From Paraspadella gotoi (taxonomy: Eukaryota > Animalia > Chaetognatha): DNA of 64,000 nucleotides. Location of the stretch: assembly GCA_051294375.1 (NCBI GenBank), contig CM119265.1:27548874-27612873 (forward strand), written 5' to 3'. Under the pieces are notes generated by a model that searched no databases, was not told the origin of the DNA, and worked only from the letters and a program-made list of their open reading frames with translations. Of the stretch, positions 13,025 through 27,908 are shown one piece after another; position 1 is the first letter of the stretch, and each line of letters starts with the position of its first letter. The translations under genes were made by a program, and so were the position numbers.

Positions 13025-16000
13025 TTATTCCGTTGATGATTTGACGCTAATTATTGTTTTTTTCAAATCAACACGCGGTTAATTTTTTTCCAACGAAAAT
13101 TGGATTAAACTTAAAGAAAAAAGTGTATAAAAATAATGAGATAAATGATGTTGAATTAATATAAAATAGTAAAATGAAGGAAATTAAAAATAATCGAATT
13201 TTGAAAATGGCAGAAGTGGTCCTTCACGGATTAACCGTTGATGTTTTAAAATGTTTTGGCTATATAATATATAGTATAAATATATATATTCAGAAATTGG
13301 GGCTTTGTCACGGTTGCTCGTGCGTGAGACTCTGGATTATATGAAAGAAAACATATTAATAATAATAATAAAGCTCTATTTATACATATTTAAAATTTAA
13401 ATACGAATAAAGAGATTGAGAGATGAATTCAGTCGCCATCTCCTTCTCTTCCTCTTCCTCTTCCTCTTCCTCTCCACCACCGAGTTCCTTTTATCCTCCT
13501 CCTCCTCCTCCTCCTTCTCAATTAAAAAACTGGGAAAAAAGGAAAAGGAAAAAAAGATTAAAAAAAATAAAGAAAAAGGAAATAAGGAAAAAAAAAGAAA
13601 AAAAAAGAATTAAAAAAAAAGAGAAAAAGGAAAAGGAAAAAAAGAAAAAAAAAGGAAAAAATAAGAAAAAGGAAAAAAAGGGAAAAAAGAAAAAGGAAAA
13701 TAAGGGAAAAAAGAAAAAAAAAAGAAAAAGGAAAAAAAGGGAAAAAGGAAAAAAGAAAAAGAAAAAAAGGAAAAAAATATTTCCTCTCGATTTACGTTTA
13801 TATTGAGATTTGCGAGACTTAGTCCATTTCCGCGATTCTCTCTCTCTCTCTCTCACTTTTTAACATTATCACTTCTTAGATCTGTCACTTCTAAGCTTTA
13901 TCCATTCTTAGCTTTATCACTCATAAGCACCATCACCTTTTAGATTTATCACGCCTCAGCTTTATCACTTTTTAGCTTCAATATTTTTGAAGTTCCTCAA
14001 TTTTTTGCTTTATCATTTCTTAACTGTATCACCGCTTCTCATCTTATCATTATTACTTCTTTGTTTCATTTATTTTATTTATTTATTTATCACTTATCAC
14101 TTCAAAGCTCCAGTACTTCCTCACTTTATCACTTCAAAGCTCCACTCCTCCCTAACTTTATCATTTCAAAGCTCCAGTCTTTCCAGTCTTTCCAGTCACT
14201 CCTTAGCTCCACCCTATTCTAACTCTATCACTTTTCTTCGCATCATAAGATCCCAAACTTTTTTGTTGCTTCGCTGCTCCTTAAATGGAGCGACACCTCA
14301 AAACGGCTTTTGGCGACAAAGACTTTAGAGCCAACACAACAACAACAACGACGAAACAGCGGAAACAATGACCAGAAACAAAACAAAAACGAACTGAAGC
14401 TACAACAAAAACGAACAAAACCCCAAAAACAATGAACAGAAACATCAAAAACAACGAACAGAAACAGCATCGAGAATGAAAAGAAACAAAAACAATAAAC
14501 AGAATCAACAAAAACAACGAACAGAAACAACAAGAACAAACAGAAAAAACAAAAACAACGAACAGGAACAACAACAAAAACTAAAAGAGACAAAAACAAT
14601 GAATCGAAACAACGAAAAGAACAAACAGAAACAAAAACAAAAACAAACCAAAACAACGATTCGCCTTCGTCTGCGTTTGTTTCTTTTGACTATTTTTTGA
14701 TGTTATCTTTTTTGAAAGTTTTCTCCTGGACTGCAAAGCAATCTTGACCTTCACAGCTACGGCTGCCTGCAATAAAGCGAACCCGTTAAAAGATGTGATC
14801 AGACAAAAAAGTCAGCGATTTTGTTAACAAAATTCACGATTTTTTGGGATATGAAATTATTTATCATTCTTATTATTATTCATTTTAATATTATTATTTT
14901 ATTATTATCATTTTATTATTATTTTATACACATTAACATATAAAATCATCCTCAAGTAACTCTTAAAAATCGACAAACGTCCACTTCCCCCACACATAAA
15001 CGACAGTGATCGTTTGCTTATTTAACAACTTTCACATGAAATCGTGAGCTTTAATCATTTCATTGCGATAATCCGTCTTAAAACCTCACAGGTTTTGCTG
15101 GATCTTTTTTTTTCGTTTCATTTCCTTTAACAAGTTTCCTTCATTTATTCACCATAAAACCTTTTGCTCATTTCATTACCTCAAAACTCTTTCCACTTTG
15201 ATTTTTCGTTTTTCCTTTTTTTCCGTTTTTTCTTTGATTCCCTCCTTTTTTTCTTTCTCCTTTTTTCTTTCCTCCTTTTCTTCCTTTTTTCCTCATTTTT
15301 TGGCTTTTCTTTCCTCATTTTTCCTTTTACTTTTTCTTTTACTTTCTTTTCTCTTTTTCTTTCCTCCTTTTTTCTTTCTTCCTTTTTATTTTTTCCCTTT
15401 CTCTTCCTCATTTTTCGTTTACTTTTTTCTTTTCCTTTTTTTCTCTTTTTCTATTTTTTCTTGCCTCCTTTTTTCTTTCCTACTTTCTATTTCCTCCTTT
15501 TTTTTTCGTCCTTTTTCTTTTTTTTCCTCCTTTTTCTTTCCTTTTTTGTCTTTTCCTCTTTTTTATTTCCGCCTTTTTCTTTTCCTCATTTTTAATTTTC
15601 TCTCTTTTTCTTTTTTCTTTTCCTCCTTTTCTTTCCTTTTTTCTTTTCCTTCTTTTTCTTTTTATCTTTTTTATTTTCTCTTTTTTCCTTTTATTCTTTT
15701 CCTTATTTTCTTTTCCTCCTTTTTCTTTTTTCTCATTTTTTATTTGCTCCTTATTCTTTCTCTTTTTTTCTTTTCCTCCTTTTTCCTCCTTTTTCTCTTT
15801 CTCTTCCTTTTCTTTTCCTCCGTCCGTGTTTTCATTTCCCGCCCTTATTTATATTCCCTACTTTTCTTTTTTAGCTTTCCGGTTCACTTCTCTTTTTCAT
15901 TTCCCCCTCCCAACTTCTCTAATTTTTCCTATCTTTTTTCTCTCTTCCCTTTTCTGCCCATCATCCTTTCAGACTCTGATTTTCACGGTGAAATTTTTTT

Positions 16001-16394
16001 CCGCAATTCGTTCGATTTTTATCATTTTTATCATTCAATTCCTATTATAATAGTCAGTTATGAACAAAAATACCATCATTAAACATTTTTTTAAAATAAA
16101 TTTATGAAAGTTTGAAAATTATGTTTTTCAATTTTTCAGTAGGCTATATTTATATACAGTTCAATGTATAAAAAAGAATTTAATTTTCAGCTAAAACTAT
16201 AGGTATTTCTGTATTTCGGTACTTAATGAAGGAATTTTAAAATATTTTAGTATCAACTTTTTTTTGAGGAACCCAAATCTGCAAATAAATCTTACGAAAT
16301 CTTACTTTATATATAAATATAAGCGTAAATTTTAAAATTATAATACAATTTTTTTTACATTAATGGTCTTTAGTAATGTAAATAGCGTGGATAG

Positions 16395-16465
16395 CGAAAG
16401 TCGATGGCGCCGAAACCGGAAGTGACGGAGGCGCTGACGTTGACGCGCGTGGAGACGCCAATCAA
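16395..16465. promoter_or_regulatory. CpG-rich promoter-like motif cluster
   Basis: ATGGCG (YY1-like, 16404), CCGGAAGT (ETS, 16416), TGACGT and CCAAT (16458) within 70 bp in an AT-rich background. Confidence 0.4.
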
Positions 16466-17161
16466 TATTTTTTTAACTTTGATAAAAGTTTATCCAAAAA
16501 ACCATCTTGCTTGGTTCGCTAACAAAATTACCTTAATTAAATAATCAAAGCATATTCAAATTCCAATTCATATTTCAATTGCTTGTGCCGACAAGCAATT
16601 GCAAATATAACAAAGCAATGCAAAATTAACTCATTAATTAATAATTCATTAACTAATCAATGAACGGTAAACAAATTATAATCAATCAAAAATCGATATA
16701 TTGTGATGAATCTCATCTTTGAGTTTAATCCGACGAGAAAAGGTTAAATAAATTTTCATAAAGTAAGATATTTTTGTTTGATTGATTGCTAAGCTTATGA
16801 ATTGCACAACAAGAGATAACCAAAGATAAAACTACATTAGATATTAACTAAAAATGTAAAGGTATTCTTCATCCCCTTAAAGTTTATGTGACAAAGTGAC
16901 GGCCCTCATGTCGAGCCTCCGATCGTGAGCAAAGGTTCACATCGTGAGCAAGGAAGATCAGACGAAGGACCACTTGACCCCGAAACTGGAATTTAGTCAG
17001 TTATCACAATATACCCCACTCTCAGAAAAGTTCAAGATTTCTAAGAAAGACTAAAAAAAGTCTCAAAACTCTTATCGATTGAACCTGGAAATGATTAAGC
17101 ACATTGACCTATCACTAACCCTCACCAATTATGAGAGTCCGTTTAATAATAAGATGGACTT

Positions 17162-17232
<71 letters not shown>

Positions 17233-17234
17233 AC

Positions 17235-17597
17235 ATCCCCTTTTTCCCTCATAATATCCCTCCCCCTCCTCTTCTCCTACATGTTCCCCTCCCCCCTTTC
17301 CCTCATAATCCCCTCCTTCCTTCCTCGTTCTCCTACATGTTCCCCTCCCCCTTTCCCTCATAATTTCCCCTCCTCCTTCCTCGTTCTCCTACATGTTCCC
17401 CTCCCCTTTCCCTCATAATTCCCTCCCTCCTTCCTCGTTCTCCTACATGTTCCCCTCCCCTTTCCCTCATAATTCCCCTCCTCCTTCCTCGTTTCCTACA
17501 TGTTCCCCTCCCCCTTTCCCTCATAATCCCCTCCTTCTTCCTCGTTGCTTCTCTACATGTTCCCCTCCCCCTTTCCCTAATAATTCCCCTCCTCCCC
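17235..17597. repeat. ~55-bp tandem repeat
   Basis: CTACATGTTCCCCTCCCCCTTTCCCTCATAAT recurs about 6 times. Confidence 0.88.
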
Positions 17598-19364
17598 TAA
17601 CCGATCATGTCCGCTTCGCTTTTGCCTCTTTTTTTCTTTTCACGTCATAAATTCGTTTTTATATTTTATTCTTTCTTTTTTCCTTTTTTTCCTTATTTTT
17701 ATTCTTTCTTTTTTCTTTTCTTTTTCCTTCTTTTTTCTTTTTATTCTTTCTTTTTACTTTTTAGTCTTTCTTTTTTCTTTTATTTTTTTTTCTTTTTTTT
17801 TTATTCGTTTCCTCTTTTTTTCTTCTTCTCGTCCGCCTTCGCTGATGGAGCGAGAAAAAAAAATTTCATTTCGAAAACGTTTTTTATTCCGTAAGGGAGC
17901 AAAATGAGCTATTTTTGGGCCATTTTTAGAGCAATATTTTGAGCTATCTCCTGGTCACATTGAGCTATCTTTTGATATATCTTTTTACATTCTTGGGGTA
18001 TCTTTTTGAGTTATTTTTTGGCCATTTTTAGGATATCTTTTGAGTCTGTTTTAGACTTTTTGAATTTTGCTTTCTTTAGGTTTTTAAGTTATATTATAAG
18101 CTTTAGACTTTTAATCCTTAAGCTTTAAGCTTTTGAGTTATCTTTTCAGCAGTCTTTTTAAACTCATTCAGCCTACCTTTCCGTCTATTTTAAACTATCC
18201 CAAGGGCTAACCCTTAAGTTCTCTCTCCCTTTTTTTTCAATATAAACGTAAACGTTTTATCTTTTCATCTCGAAAAAAAAGTTATTCTTTCTTTCTTTTT
18301 TAATCTCCTTCACACAAGAGCGACTTTTATATTATTTTTTTTTCTCATTCATATCGTCTTCGTTTTATCAATTTATGAGAGGCGTATATTTCTCGTTGCC
18401 GTCGTCGTCGTCGTCGTCGTTGTCGTCTTCTTTCATTCCTTGATTTCTCTTTCATCCTAATGAGTTTTATTTATTTTTTAACTTCTTTTTTTTTAAACGC
18501 ATTTTCTTAATTACCTCTTAACGTTGAAGGATGAGAACTGATGAAAGAGAGAAAGATAGAAGAAAAGAAAGATAAATGGAAAGATGGAACTAAAGATAGA
18601 AAGTTATACAAAAACTAAAGACAAAAAGAATGAAAAGAATAAAGGACAGCAAGAAATAAAGATGGAAGAAAAGAAAGAAAAATGTAAAGAAAGACAGAAA
18701 GAGGGAAATAACAAATGATTAAACCGATAAGAAAAAAAAAATAAATAGTAAGATATTAGTTCTACCAATTTCAAAAACATAAATTAATAAAGTAAGAAAT
18801 ACAATAGTACAGAAAGCTAAGAAAGCAAGAAAAACCAAAGGCGAATTAAAGTCATAAAATCAAATCAGCGTCGCTTAACAACTTAAGATTCTCGTTATCA
18901 AACGTTTTTACTTTTTTATTAGATTTCGTTGTTTAATTTTATTATTTTATTTTTATTCAATGTTATTTATTTCTCTTTTCTTTCCTCCATTTTCTTTTTC
19001 ATTTGTGTCAAATTCTTTTTTTTTTTCTGGTTTTTCTCATTTTTTTCCTCCGAATTTCCTTTCATCTTTTTTATTATTTTCTTTTCATCTTTCCTCCTTT
19101 CTCTTTCTTTTTTTTCCCTCTTCCGTATTTCCATTTCCTTTACCTCCTTTTCCTTTCTCTTCACCTTCCACCTTTTCCCTCCCCTTCCTCCCATCTTCTC
19201 CCCTCCCCTTTCCTCCCCCCCTCCCTCCTTCCTCTCCTTCTCCCCCTCCCCTCCTCCCCCTTCCTCTTTTCCCCTAATCCCTTCCCGCTCCAATTCCCCT
19301 CCTCCCTTCTTTCTCCGTTTCCCTTTCATCTTTATTCAAAAGTGGTCAACGCCGAGTTTCTCCC

Positions 19365-19510
19365 CATTAATCTCCATGACAACGGGCGAGAATCACGTGA
19401 CCATAAAGGAGGAATCACGTGACCAAACGGCCACCGAGTCACTTGATCGAAAAGCGAAAGAAAGAAAATAAGGATTATTGAAGAAAGGTAAAAATTTTCA
19501 CGTGACCAGG
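19365..19510. promoter_or_regulatory. E-box/X-box cluster
   Basis: ATCTCCATGACAAC (RFX X-box-like, 19370-19383), GAATCACGTGACCA twice (19390, 19412) and TCACGTGACCA (19498). Confidence 0.4.
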
Positions 19511-20854
19511 CGTGAATATATGAAAATGATAGGAGCGATATTAAATTATTTGTTAGTTCAATAAACAAGCTGTATATATTGCCCTCGAAGTTTGTCAAGG
19601 CTTTCATCTCTCTGACAAGAAGACAACATTGCAAGTCTCTGACAGATTGCGATATGAGTTTCTCACACTTAATTTCATGAATTAACTCACCAATTACATG
19701 CTAGACTTTCTTGTAATAATAAAATATCGCAAAAATTTTCATCCGTTTCAATCGGATGAAGGGATCATTCTTTCGAGTAATTACAATATTGGAATATTCT
19801 TACACTTTGACTTTGCACATTTGTTTGTAACTTTGTACGACAGGAGGGCTCCTACGTTAATGATCGCGGACATGAAAGAAAATGAAAATAGTAAGTTCAC
19901 GCAAACCGGAAGTGAATTTCTATTTAGATGAGATGTCATATTCTTTCTTTTATTTCGTAGCGAAGAGAAAAAAAGAAAGAAAGTTGGGGATCAAATAGAT
20001 TCCAACTCAGTGAACGGTTAATAAAAGAAAAAGAGAAAGAAAGAAGAGTGCTGCGCTGCTGTGATATTCGTCGTTACTGCTGCTGCCGCTGACGCTGCTG
20101 CTGGGAACTTATGCTTTCCATTCACTCTCGGCTTTTTTGGTGGAAAAATATTTGGTTAAGAAAAAGGGTCATTCAATTCAACTTCAAAATAGGCTAAAAT
20201 GGGAGTACAAATTCAGAAAGCTGAGCTCCTGGCGATTCCGAAAATGTATTCACTTTAAGTATTTGATGCATTCTACCCAATTTTATATCGTTTTTAATTA
20301 TAATATAAAATAAAAGAAACGCTATCTGAAGAGTTGCAGGTCAAAACGAAAAGGCAATCCATCTGATATTTTTTTATGAATTTTTTATTACTGAATTAGA
20401 AAAATGTAATAGAGAGACATTTTTAAATTTCAACTTGTATCGCTTGAAAATGAAACGTTTTTAAACTTTAACCCTGAATTCTCTCTAAACTGGGAACGCG
20501 TTTATCAAAATGTCTCTCTATACATTTTTATAAATGTTTTTAATATTGCTAATCAAATTTTAATTCAATATTATTGCAGTTGTTTAAGGCTGCAACTCTT
20601 CAAATTCAGTGTAGATTCATTGTAGCTCGAAATTTCTTTACCATCTATTTAACTGAAGATTTTGTTCATGAACTGGAAAACCAACAGAGTAACGAGATTA
20701 ATTGTTTAATTCTCCCCTTCTAACTATGCCATACCNNNNNNNNNNNNNNNNNNNNNNNNNGAATAATTTTTCAGCCTAGATTACGACTTTCGTAATGTTA
20801 ACTTTATTTAAACTCGGTCATACGTACATAATATACATGTGGAATAATATACAT

Positions 20855-21225
20855 TGTGGATAAGGCGCTAAGTGGGCTGAAGATGACTATCCGCAACTTC
20901 TTCAACCCCTCTTGCAGCTATGGAACGGGTCCTGGTCTTGGAACCAGGCTTGAGGGTTTTCCAAGCCCCCAAGACGGCTTACGGCCGTCCTCACGCTACC
21001 CGCAGGGGAGGTACCGGGTTGGGATCGAACAGTGGTCATGAGCAGATGGCTTTACTCAATGACCCACCGGGTCACGACTGAAGGTGTCATGCTTATAGGC
21101 GGGGTGAACTTATGCTATGCTTATATACTTATCTCAAAGCGGTTCACGTAGGGGGGGGCACCATTGGGGATCGATCTAAGTACCTGAACACATTACACCT
21201 GAACACATTACAATGCACGACTACA
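20855..21225 (-). mobile_element. Solo LTR, family A, with an apparent ~90-bp interruption near one end
   Basis: TGTGGATAAGGCGCTAAG start and collinear to about 21120; the terminal motif CAATGCACGACTACA reappears at 21211-21225. Confidence 0.7.
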
Positions 21226-22516
21226 ATGTTCGAGAATTTTGACCTGAAAAGATGGGGAAATGCTAGAGAGATCAAAGAGATGAGAGAGAAGAGTAAGAGA
21301 GAGAAGAGAGAGAGAGGAGAGAGAGTAGAGAGAGTCTGTATCGTCTTATTACATGAGCAAGAGTGATCTTCTCTATCTGCGCGCCAATATTGGTGTTTAC
21401 CGGCGTTCGAGGGGTTTTTCTTTTCGTCGTCGGTTCGTCGTCGTCGTCGTCGTCGTTGGTGCGTTGGTACGGAAAACTATGCATGATTTTTTGTTGCTGC
21501 CTTCCACTTTGTTGTTCTCTTCCTTTCTCTTCTCATGCTCTTCTCTCTCTGCCTCTGTCTCTCTCTCTCTCTCTCTCGGTCTCTCAGTCTCTGTCTCTCT
21601 CCTTCTCTCTCTTCTCTCGTCTCTCTCTTGATCTCTCCCTCTTCTCCTGGCTGCTGTTCTTTGGTGATCGTTTTTCAAGATTCTCTTTTTCTTTTTCCTT
21701 TATTGTCGCTGCACCAACGTTTTTCTTCTTTTGTTATTTTCTCTGCCGACTTCTGCTCACATGTCGTCTCTTCTCTCTGCTCGTCATCGTCTGCCGAAGG
21801 CTCTCCCGTCTCTTCTCTATCTCAGCTCATCTGCTCTCAGTCTGTCTCGGATGTTATCTACTCTCTCTTCGTCTCTTCTCGCTCTGGCCTGCTCTTCTTT
21901 CTCGTCTCTTTCTTTTTCTTACCTTCTTTCCTTTCTAATAGACCTTATTCCTTCCCCCCGCCCGTTCTCGCCATTATTTTTGCCTCTCTCGCACTTCCTC
22001 TGTGTCGTTTTCTTCTCCCGTCCTGCTCCTCGTTCGGTTCTTTCCTGCCCTCTTCAGCTCTCCTGCCTTCTCTCTTTCCTCTCCTCATATGCCCCTTCTC
22101 CTCGCCCTGCGTCCGTCGCGCGCTCCCCCTCGGTTTATCTGAGGAGGGGCCGTTCTCGTCTCGTCCCGTTGACCCGCTTAGCTTCTCTGCGCCAGAATTC
22201 CGTCAAACTCTAAAAATTCCTCGTAATAAACTTTGCATCGCAAATGAATTCATTTTGCACAAAAAAAGGAAAGAAAAAAAAAGTTCACCTCCAAAAAAAG
22301 AAAAAAAATTAAACGAGGCTATAATTCGCTGGTAATTCGTTCGTTGCTATGACGACGACGCCTGTTGTACAACGTAATTAGCGGGAGATTTTTTAAAATT
22401 ATTATTCCAATTTTTTTTAGGTGGGAGTGGAAGGGAAAAAAATTAGTACACGGATTTTAAATGGAAGTGAAATTAAAGAATCAAATACTGTGGCCAAATT
22501 ATATGTTATAGCAACT

Positions 22517-22987
22517 TCAGATTTTACACCCTGGTAAAAAAATCGCTGAAGTTTTTTTATTTACTAACTCCCAGTTGTCCAGCTTGCTTACTTTCTGAGG
22601 TATAAGTTCATCAATGGCATGGTCGAGTTTTTTGAATTTATATAAGAAAAAAAAATGAAATGAAAATATGAAGGGGTCAGCTCCCGCCAAATGCACTATC
22701 ATGGCGTACTGCGACAGCTTGCTCTTGATTGTTTACCAGTCGTTTTTGATGATGTTGCTGTCTGGGGAGCTTCCAGGTCAATCTTCGAGCATCTTTTTCC
22801 TCATGCCATTTTTGTCGTTGCTCTCCGTTGACATGGGAGGTCTTCCAAGAGCTCGTCCAAGGGGTCCAGTTACTTAAAATTTGTTAACAACTCTGCTGAC
22901 GGCAGAAGGAGAGAAATGCAACCCTTTGGTGATCCTGTAGCTTGACAAACTTGCCTTCCAAAGCTCAACAATTGCAGTGGTTATCTG
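22517..22987 (-). mobile_element. Internally deleted, decayed Tc1/mariner transposase
   Basis: A single minus-strand frame reads IVELWKASLSSYRITKGLHFSPSAVSRVVNKF*VTG...GRPP (paired-like HTH + GRP) joined to ED*PGSSPDSNIIKNDW*TIKSKL (WPxxSPDLNxIEN motif). Confidence 0.7.
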
Positions 22988-23875
22988 TTTGAAAAAAAAA
23001 CAAAACAACAAGAAAAAATAACAAAAAACAAAGATGAATACAATTTTTTTGGCAAAAAAAAAGAAAATTGTAAGACACAATTTCAAACTTTTTTTTTATT
23101 TTACCATAGTTTCTATAAAATTTGGACTAGAATCCTCGTCATTGGCTAAAATATTTTGCACACATGTGTACTTAAAACCCTTACATTTTTTTCTTTTTCT
23201 TTTATATTTTTTTTCTTTTACTAAAATATTTTGCACACTTGTGTACCTAAAACCCTTACATTTTTTCTTTTTCTTTTAATTTTTTTTCCTTTTACGTAAT
23301 TTAATCTTTTTATATTCACAATTAAATTTTCCAAAAAATTCAAACACTGATAATTATTTTCAAAAGAGATTAAGTTTGCAAAGAGAAAATTAACAGTCAA
23401 ATTCATCAAACTTTGGACGTAGAATAAAAAAAAAGTATTTAATTAACAATTTATAAGCAACCGAAAAAAAATTTCCCCCAAACTTTTTTGTGGCAAAATA
23501 AATGTAAATTTATTTATGAAAATGAGCAAAAAACGGGTGAGGTTTCTGCTCTTTGCTTCTTCCCGCCGAATGTTTATTTTTATTATGATGGCCTCAGTCC
23601 ATTACGTCGGAAATCGTTTCGCAACCACTCCGAACCACTCACGATCTCTCTCAACCACCAGTTTTGGCTCACAAATTCACTACCCATCTCAGTGGAGGTA
23701 TTACAGATTACCACCAGCTAACCCACCTGGGTTCACCCGCCTTACCACTGCACACACACACACTCTTTCTCTCTCTCTCTCTCTCTCATCTCTCTCTCCT
23801 CATCCTCTCATCTCTCTTCTCTCTCTCCTCTCTCTTTCTCTCTTCTCTCGTCTTTCTCTCTCTCTTCCTCTCTCT

Positions 23876-23906
<31 letters not shown>

Positions 23907-24174
23907 CGCTCTCGTTCGTTTCCATCTCAAAATCAAGTTTAAAGCTTAATCTCAACAGTTTCACAGATTGACTGAAATTTTCAACCTATGGATTCATTTT
24001 CACACTCACCTGAGTAAACTTACTAAATTCCATTCAGCACCCATCTAGGCTGCACCTCACAGGGTCGGTGACCACTGGTAAAATCACCCACCACCGCAGA
24101 CACCCACTTGTGTCCGTGATTCGTTTTTTGTGGCCTCGGATTTTTTTTATTAGTTCTTTTTTCCTTCTCTTCCT

Positions 24175-24410
24175 GTCTCTAATATTCTCCTTATTTCTAT
24201 ACTTTTCTCCTATTATCCTTTCCTTCTTTTTATCCTTCTCTCCTATTATCCTTTCCTTATTTCTATCTTTCTCTCCTATTATCCTTTCCTTATTTTTATC
24301 CTTCTCTCCTATTATCCTTTCCTTATTTCTATATATCTTTCCTTTTCTCCTATTCTCTTTCCCCAATTTATATTCTTCTCACCTATTATCCTTTCCTTAT
24401 TTCTATTCTT
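24175..24410. repeat. 33-bp tandem repeat
   Basis: TTCTCTCCTATTATCCTTTCCTTATTT units. Confidence 0.8.
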
Positions 24411-27400
24411 CTCTTCCTTTCTGCTTTTTTCCCTTTCTCCTTTCCTTTTTCTTATCTCCTCCATTTTTCAATCAGAAATCTTTTGTCCTCACTTCGACTC
24501 TATCTAATTCTGAGGTCATTAAAAAAACCCCTTTAATCAATCAAGAGTTTCTCATTTCCTTTTCTCCTTCATTTTTGGCTTTAACACTTTCCAGTTACAT
24601 CCTTTTGACACTATTTTTTATTACATCCTTTATTTTCCCTCATATTTTTCCGCCACTTTCTTTTTGAATTCTTTCAATTCTAAATTAACATAATTTAAAA
24701 TCTTCTTTGCTTTAAAGTGTCACATTTTTCTTCTGAAAAAAAAATACTTAAGTTTTCCCTTTGTCTTTTATTCTTTCTTTATTCTATTCCATTTATCTCT
24801 GCTCAGTTGTACTCTCCTAATATTTTCTTTCATCTTTCCTCCTTCCTCACTTTATTTTCTTTTTTCCTTTCCTTTCCCTCACCCTCATTTTTCTTCCTTT
24901 CTCTCTTTTTTCCTTCCTTCTTATCTTCTTCTTTTCTTCCTTCCTTTTCAACTTACTCCTTTTCCTTTTTCTTTCGTTTCCTACTTCCACCCTTTCCTCC
25001 CTTTTCTCCTTCCTCCCTTTCTTCCTTCCTTTCTTTCCTCCTTCCTCCCTTGCCTCCTTCCTCCCTTTCCTCCTTTCTCCCTTCTTCTCTTCCTCCTTCC
25101 TCCCTTTCTTATTTCCATGTTTATAAATAACCTTTTTTCCACCGTAGAGGCGAGAAAAGAAAGAAAGAAAAAAAAAAGAAACTCATATTTTTTTCTTCTC
25201 TCTTTCTTTCTTTCTTCTTCGCTGCTTTTTTCTCGCTATTTTTTTGCTTTTTTCATGCTATTTTCCCCTTCTCTCTCTATTTCGTCTCTAAGTCATATCT
25301 CACCGTCTCTGGAAAAAAAAGCAACGACGACGACGACGACGATAATAACAACAACAACAACGACCTCAATGATGACGTCCACCATAACAACGGAAAAACC
25401 CATAACAACAACAACAACGACGACGACGACGATAACGACGATAACGACTACGAAGCTAAGCAGGAAGGATAATGGTTGTCGAACCGTTGGCCTCTTTATT
25501 TGAGCGAAGTGGTCGAAGATAAAGGTGGCTGGAAAAGTGGCCAGGTGGTCTAAATGTGGATAGGGATGTGGCCAAAGAGCGATTCGGGATTGTGGCTAAA
25601 TGTGTTCGGGGTTGAGGCCAAAGAGGGAAAGTTGTGTCCCGAATAGAGTTGGGAATGTGGCCAATAAGGGTTTAGGGATTTCGCTGAAAGGCCAAAATAG
25701 GTTGGGATAGGTGCTAAAAGTGGTTGGGGTAGTGGGCAAAAGTTCTTGGGGTTGTGGCCAAAGGAGTTCAGTCTTAGAGTCAGGTGTACGGAAACAAAAG
25801 ATCATAAGTCAGTTTTTCTTTTTGGTCAAATGACATAAAAGTTAATATAGACTAATGTCCATTGACCACGAGGGAAATTCCTTTGAAAGTTATTACGTTG
25901 TTTTTTTGTTTTGTTTTCCTTGTCGTTTTCTTCTGCTTTTTTAGAACTCCGTCTTGACCGCATTTTACAATTTGATAGAATTCGTACTACAAAGCTGCCA
26001 ATATTAGCCCGTCTCTTCATGTCACAGTGTTCAGATTTAACTTAAATGTTAAAATGGATACGCATTATACTTATTGTGATTACCGAAACCTTATCAGCTA
26101 ATGGAACACCGTCTTTAGATTTATGGCGATAAAAGCGACATCTGGTGCGAAGTTAGGACGAACGAAAGAAATAAAACCGAAAAAATGGCGTCTTTGATCA
26201 AGAAAAGAGGCAATGTGCAAACTGCAATTTGCAATCTGCATAAGAGGCGAACGCGTTCGGAGCAAATGGACGAACGCCAATTTTTTTGAAGACGAAGAAG
26301 TAGATAAGAAGACGATGACGACGACGACGATGATGACGATGTTGATGACGATGACGACGACGACTAAGACGACAACGAAGATGACGACTGTGATTGCAAC
26401 GAATCTTATGATCACGGTAACCGTTTCGGCTCTTTTTTCCGAGAGTGCCCAATTCTGTTAGTTTATCCCAGAATTAAATTTTAATCTTGTATTTAACGTA
26501 AATATATTTTTAATTTTCGAGATAAAAGAAGAAAAAAAAATACTAAAGTTTTTAATTTTATTAATCAATCATTAACCCTAATCTTATTCCTGCAACCCAA
26601 ATCTACTAACCTCATTCCGCGAACCTCTAACCTTAATCGTAACTAACACATATTCCTGCAACCACACCTAACAGAACCTATTCCTAAACCCCAACTCTAA
26701 AACCTTATTTTTTATTTTTAATACTGTTTTTTAATACTAACTGCTAGTCCCTAATGCAAATACCTGACCCAAATCCCTAACCAAAATTCCTGACCCAAAT
26801 CACTAACCCAAATCCCTAACCTTAATAACAAACAAAATCAATAATCTTAATCAATAAACTGATCATTAACCTTATCTTTAAATAAAACAAATTATCAAAT
26901 TTTGAATTTAAAAACAAAAATGGGACATTCTGCGAAAATAGGATCTTTTTGTGGTGGAAAGGAATTTTTTGTTCGCCAGATTTGTTCGTCCAACTGGAAG
27001 TTTGAAAAAAAAGAGACAACGAGTTTTGTTGTTGTTGTAGTTGTTCTTTTCTGCGGTGGACCATTTCCGATGTCCTTTATTACAAACAACCAATGTGTTT
27101 TTTTCAGCTTATTGTTGCCGTCGTCGCCGTCTTCGTCGTCTTCGTCTTGTTGTTTTGTCATCTGAGTCTCTATTGCACTCCCAGAAAATGCCAAAATTCT
27201 TCTTGTTTTTAAAGATGATCTGCGTAAAGAATTGATGGTAGAATTGAAGACAAATCCGAAGAGAGATTTATGATAGAAATTTTATGATAGAGTAGACATA
27301 TACGACGACAATGACAAGATGAAGAGACGACGGACGAACCGACAACGAGAGATATTTTCGCCGGGTGGCCATATCCTTGCAGTTTAAAGCTGTAACTTCG

Positions 27401-27872
27401 CGCAGTTTCGGGGGAAGAGAAACTATCAAGTTCAACCGTTCGCAACTACGAGCCCTGTCGGCGGCGGTCCTTTTCGCCGGGGATCTTCATTCCCGACGGA
27501 CAGTGCAGAGAATATCCGGCGCACCAATTCTTTGACGGGGGACAGAAGCTGGGGGCCATCTGTTATCTATCTCTCGTCTTCTGTCTCTGCTCTCTCATAC
27601 AGTTGTCATCATCTCTGGTCTCCGTTCTTTGATTTTACTTTCGCCCATTTCTCGCTCATCCCTTTTTCCTGTATCTATTTCTCCCGGGTGCGATCTTCAA
27701 GCTCGTCATATCGATCTCATCAACCCTCATCTCATTCTCCCATCTCCTCTCTTCTCTCGTCTCTCGTCTCTCTCGCTCCTCTCCATCTTTTCTATGTCTC
27801 TATTTCTCTCCTCTGTCCTCTCTCTCATCTATTTCTCTTTTTTCTTCTCTTCGTCTCTCTCCTCATCTCTCA

Positions 27873-27908
<36 letters not shown>
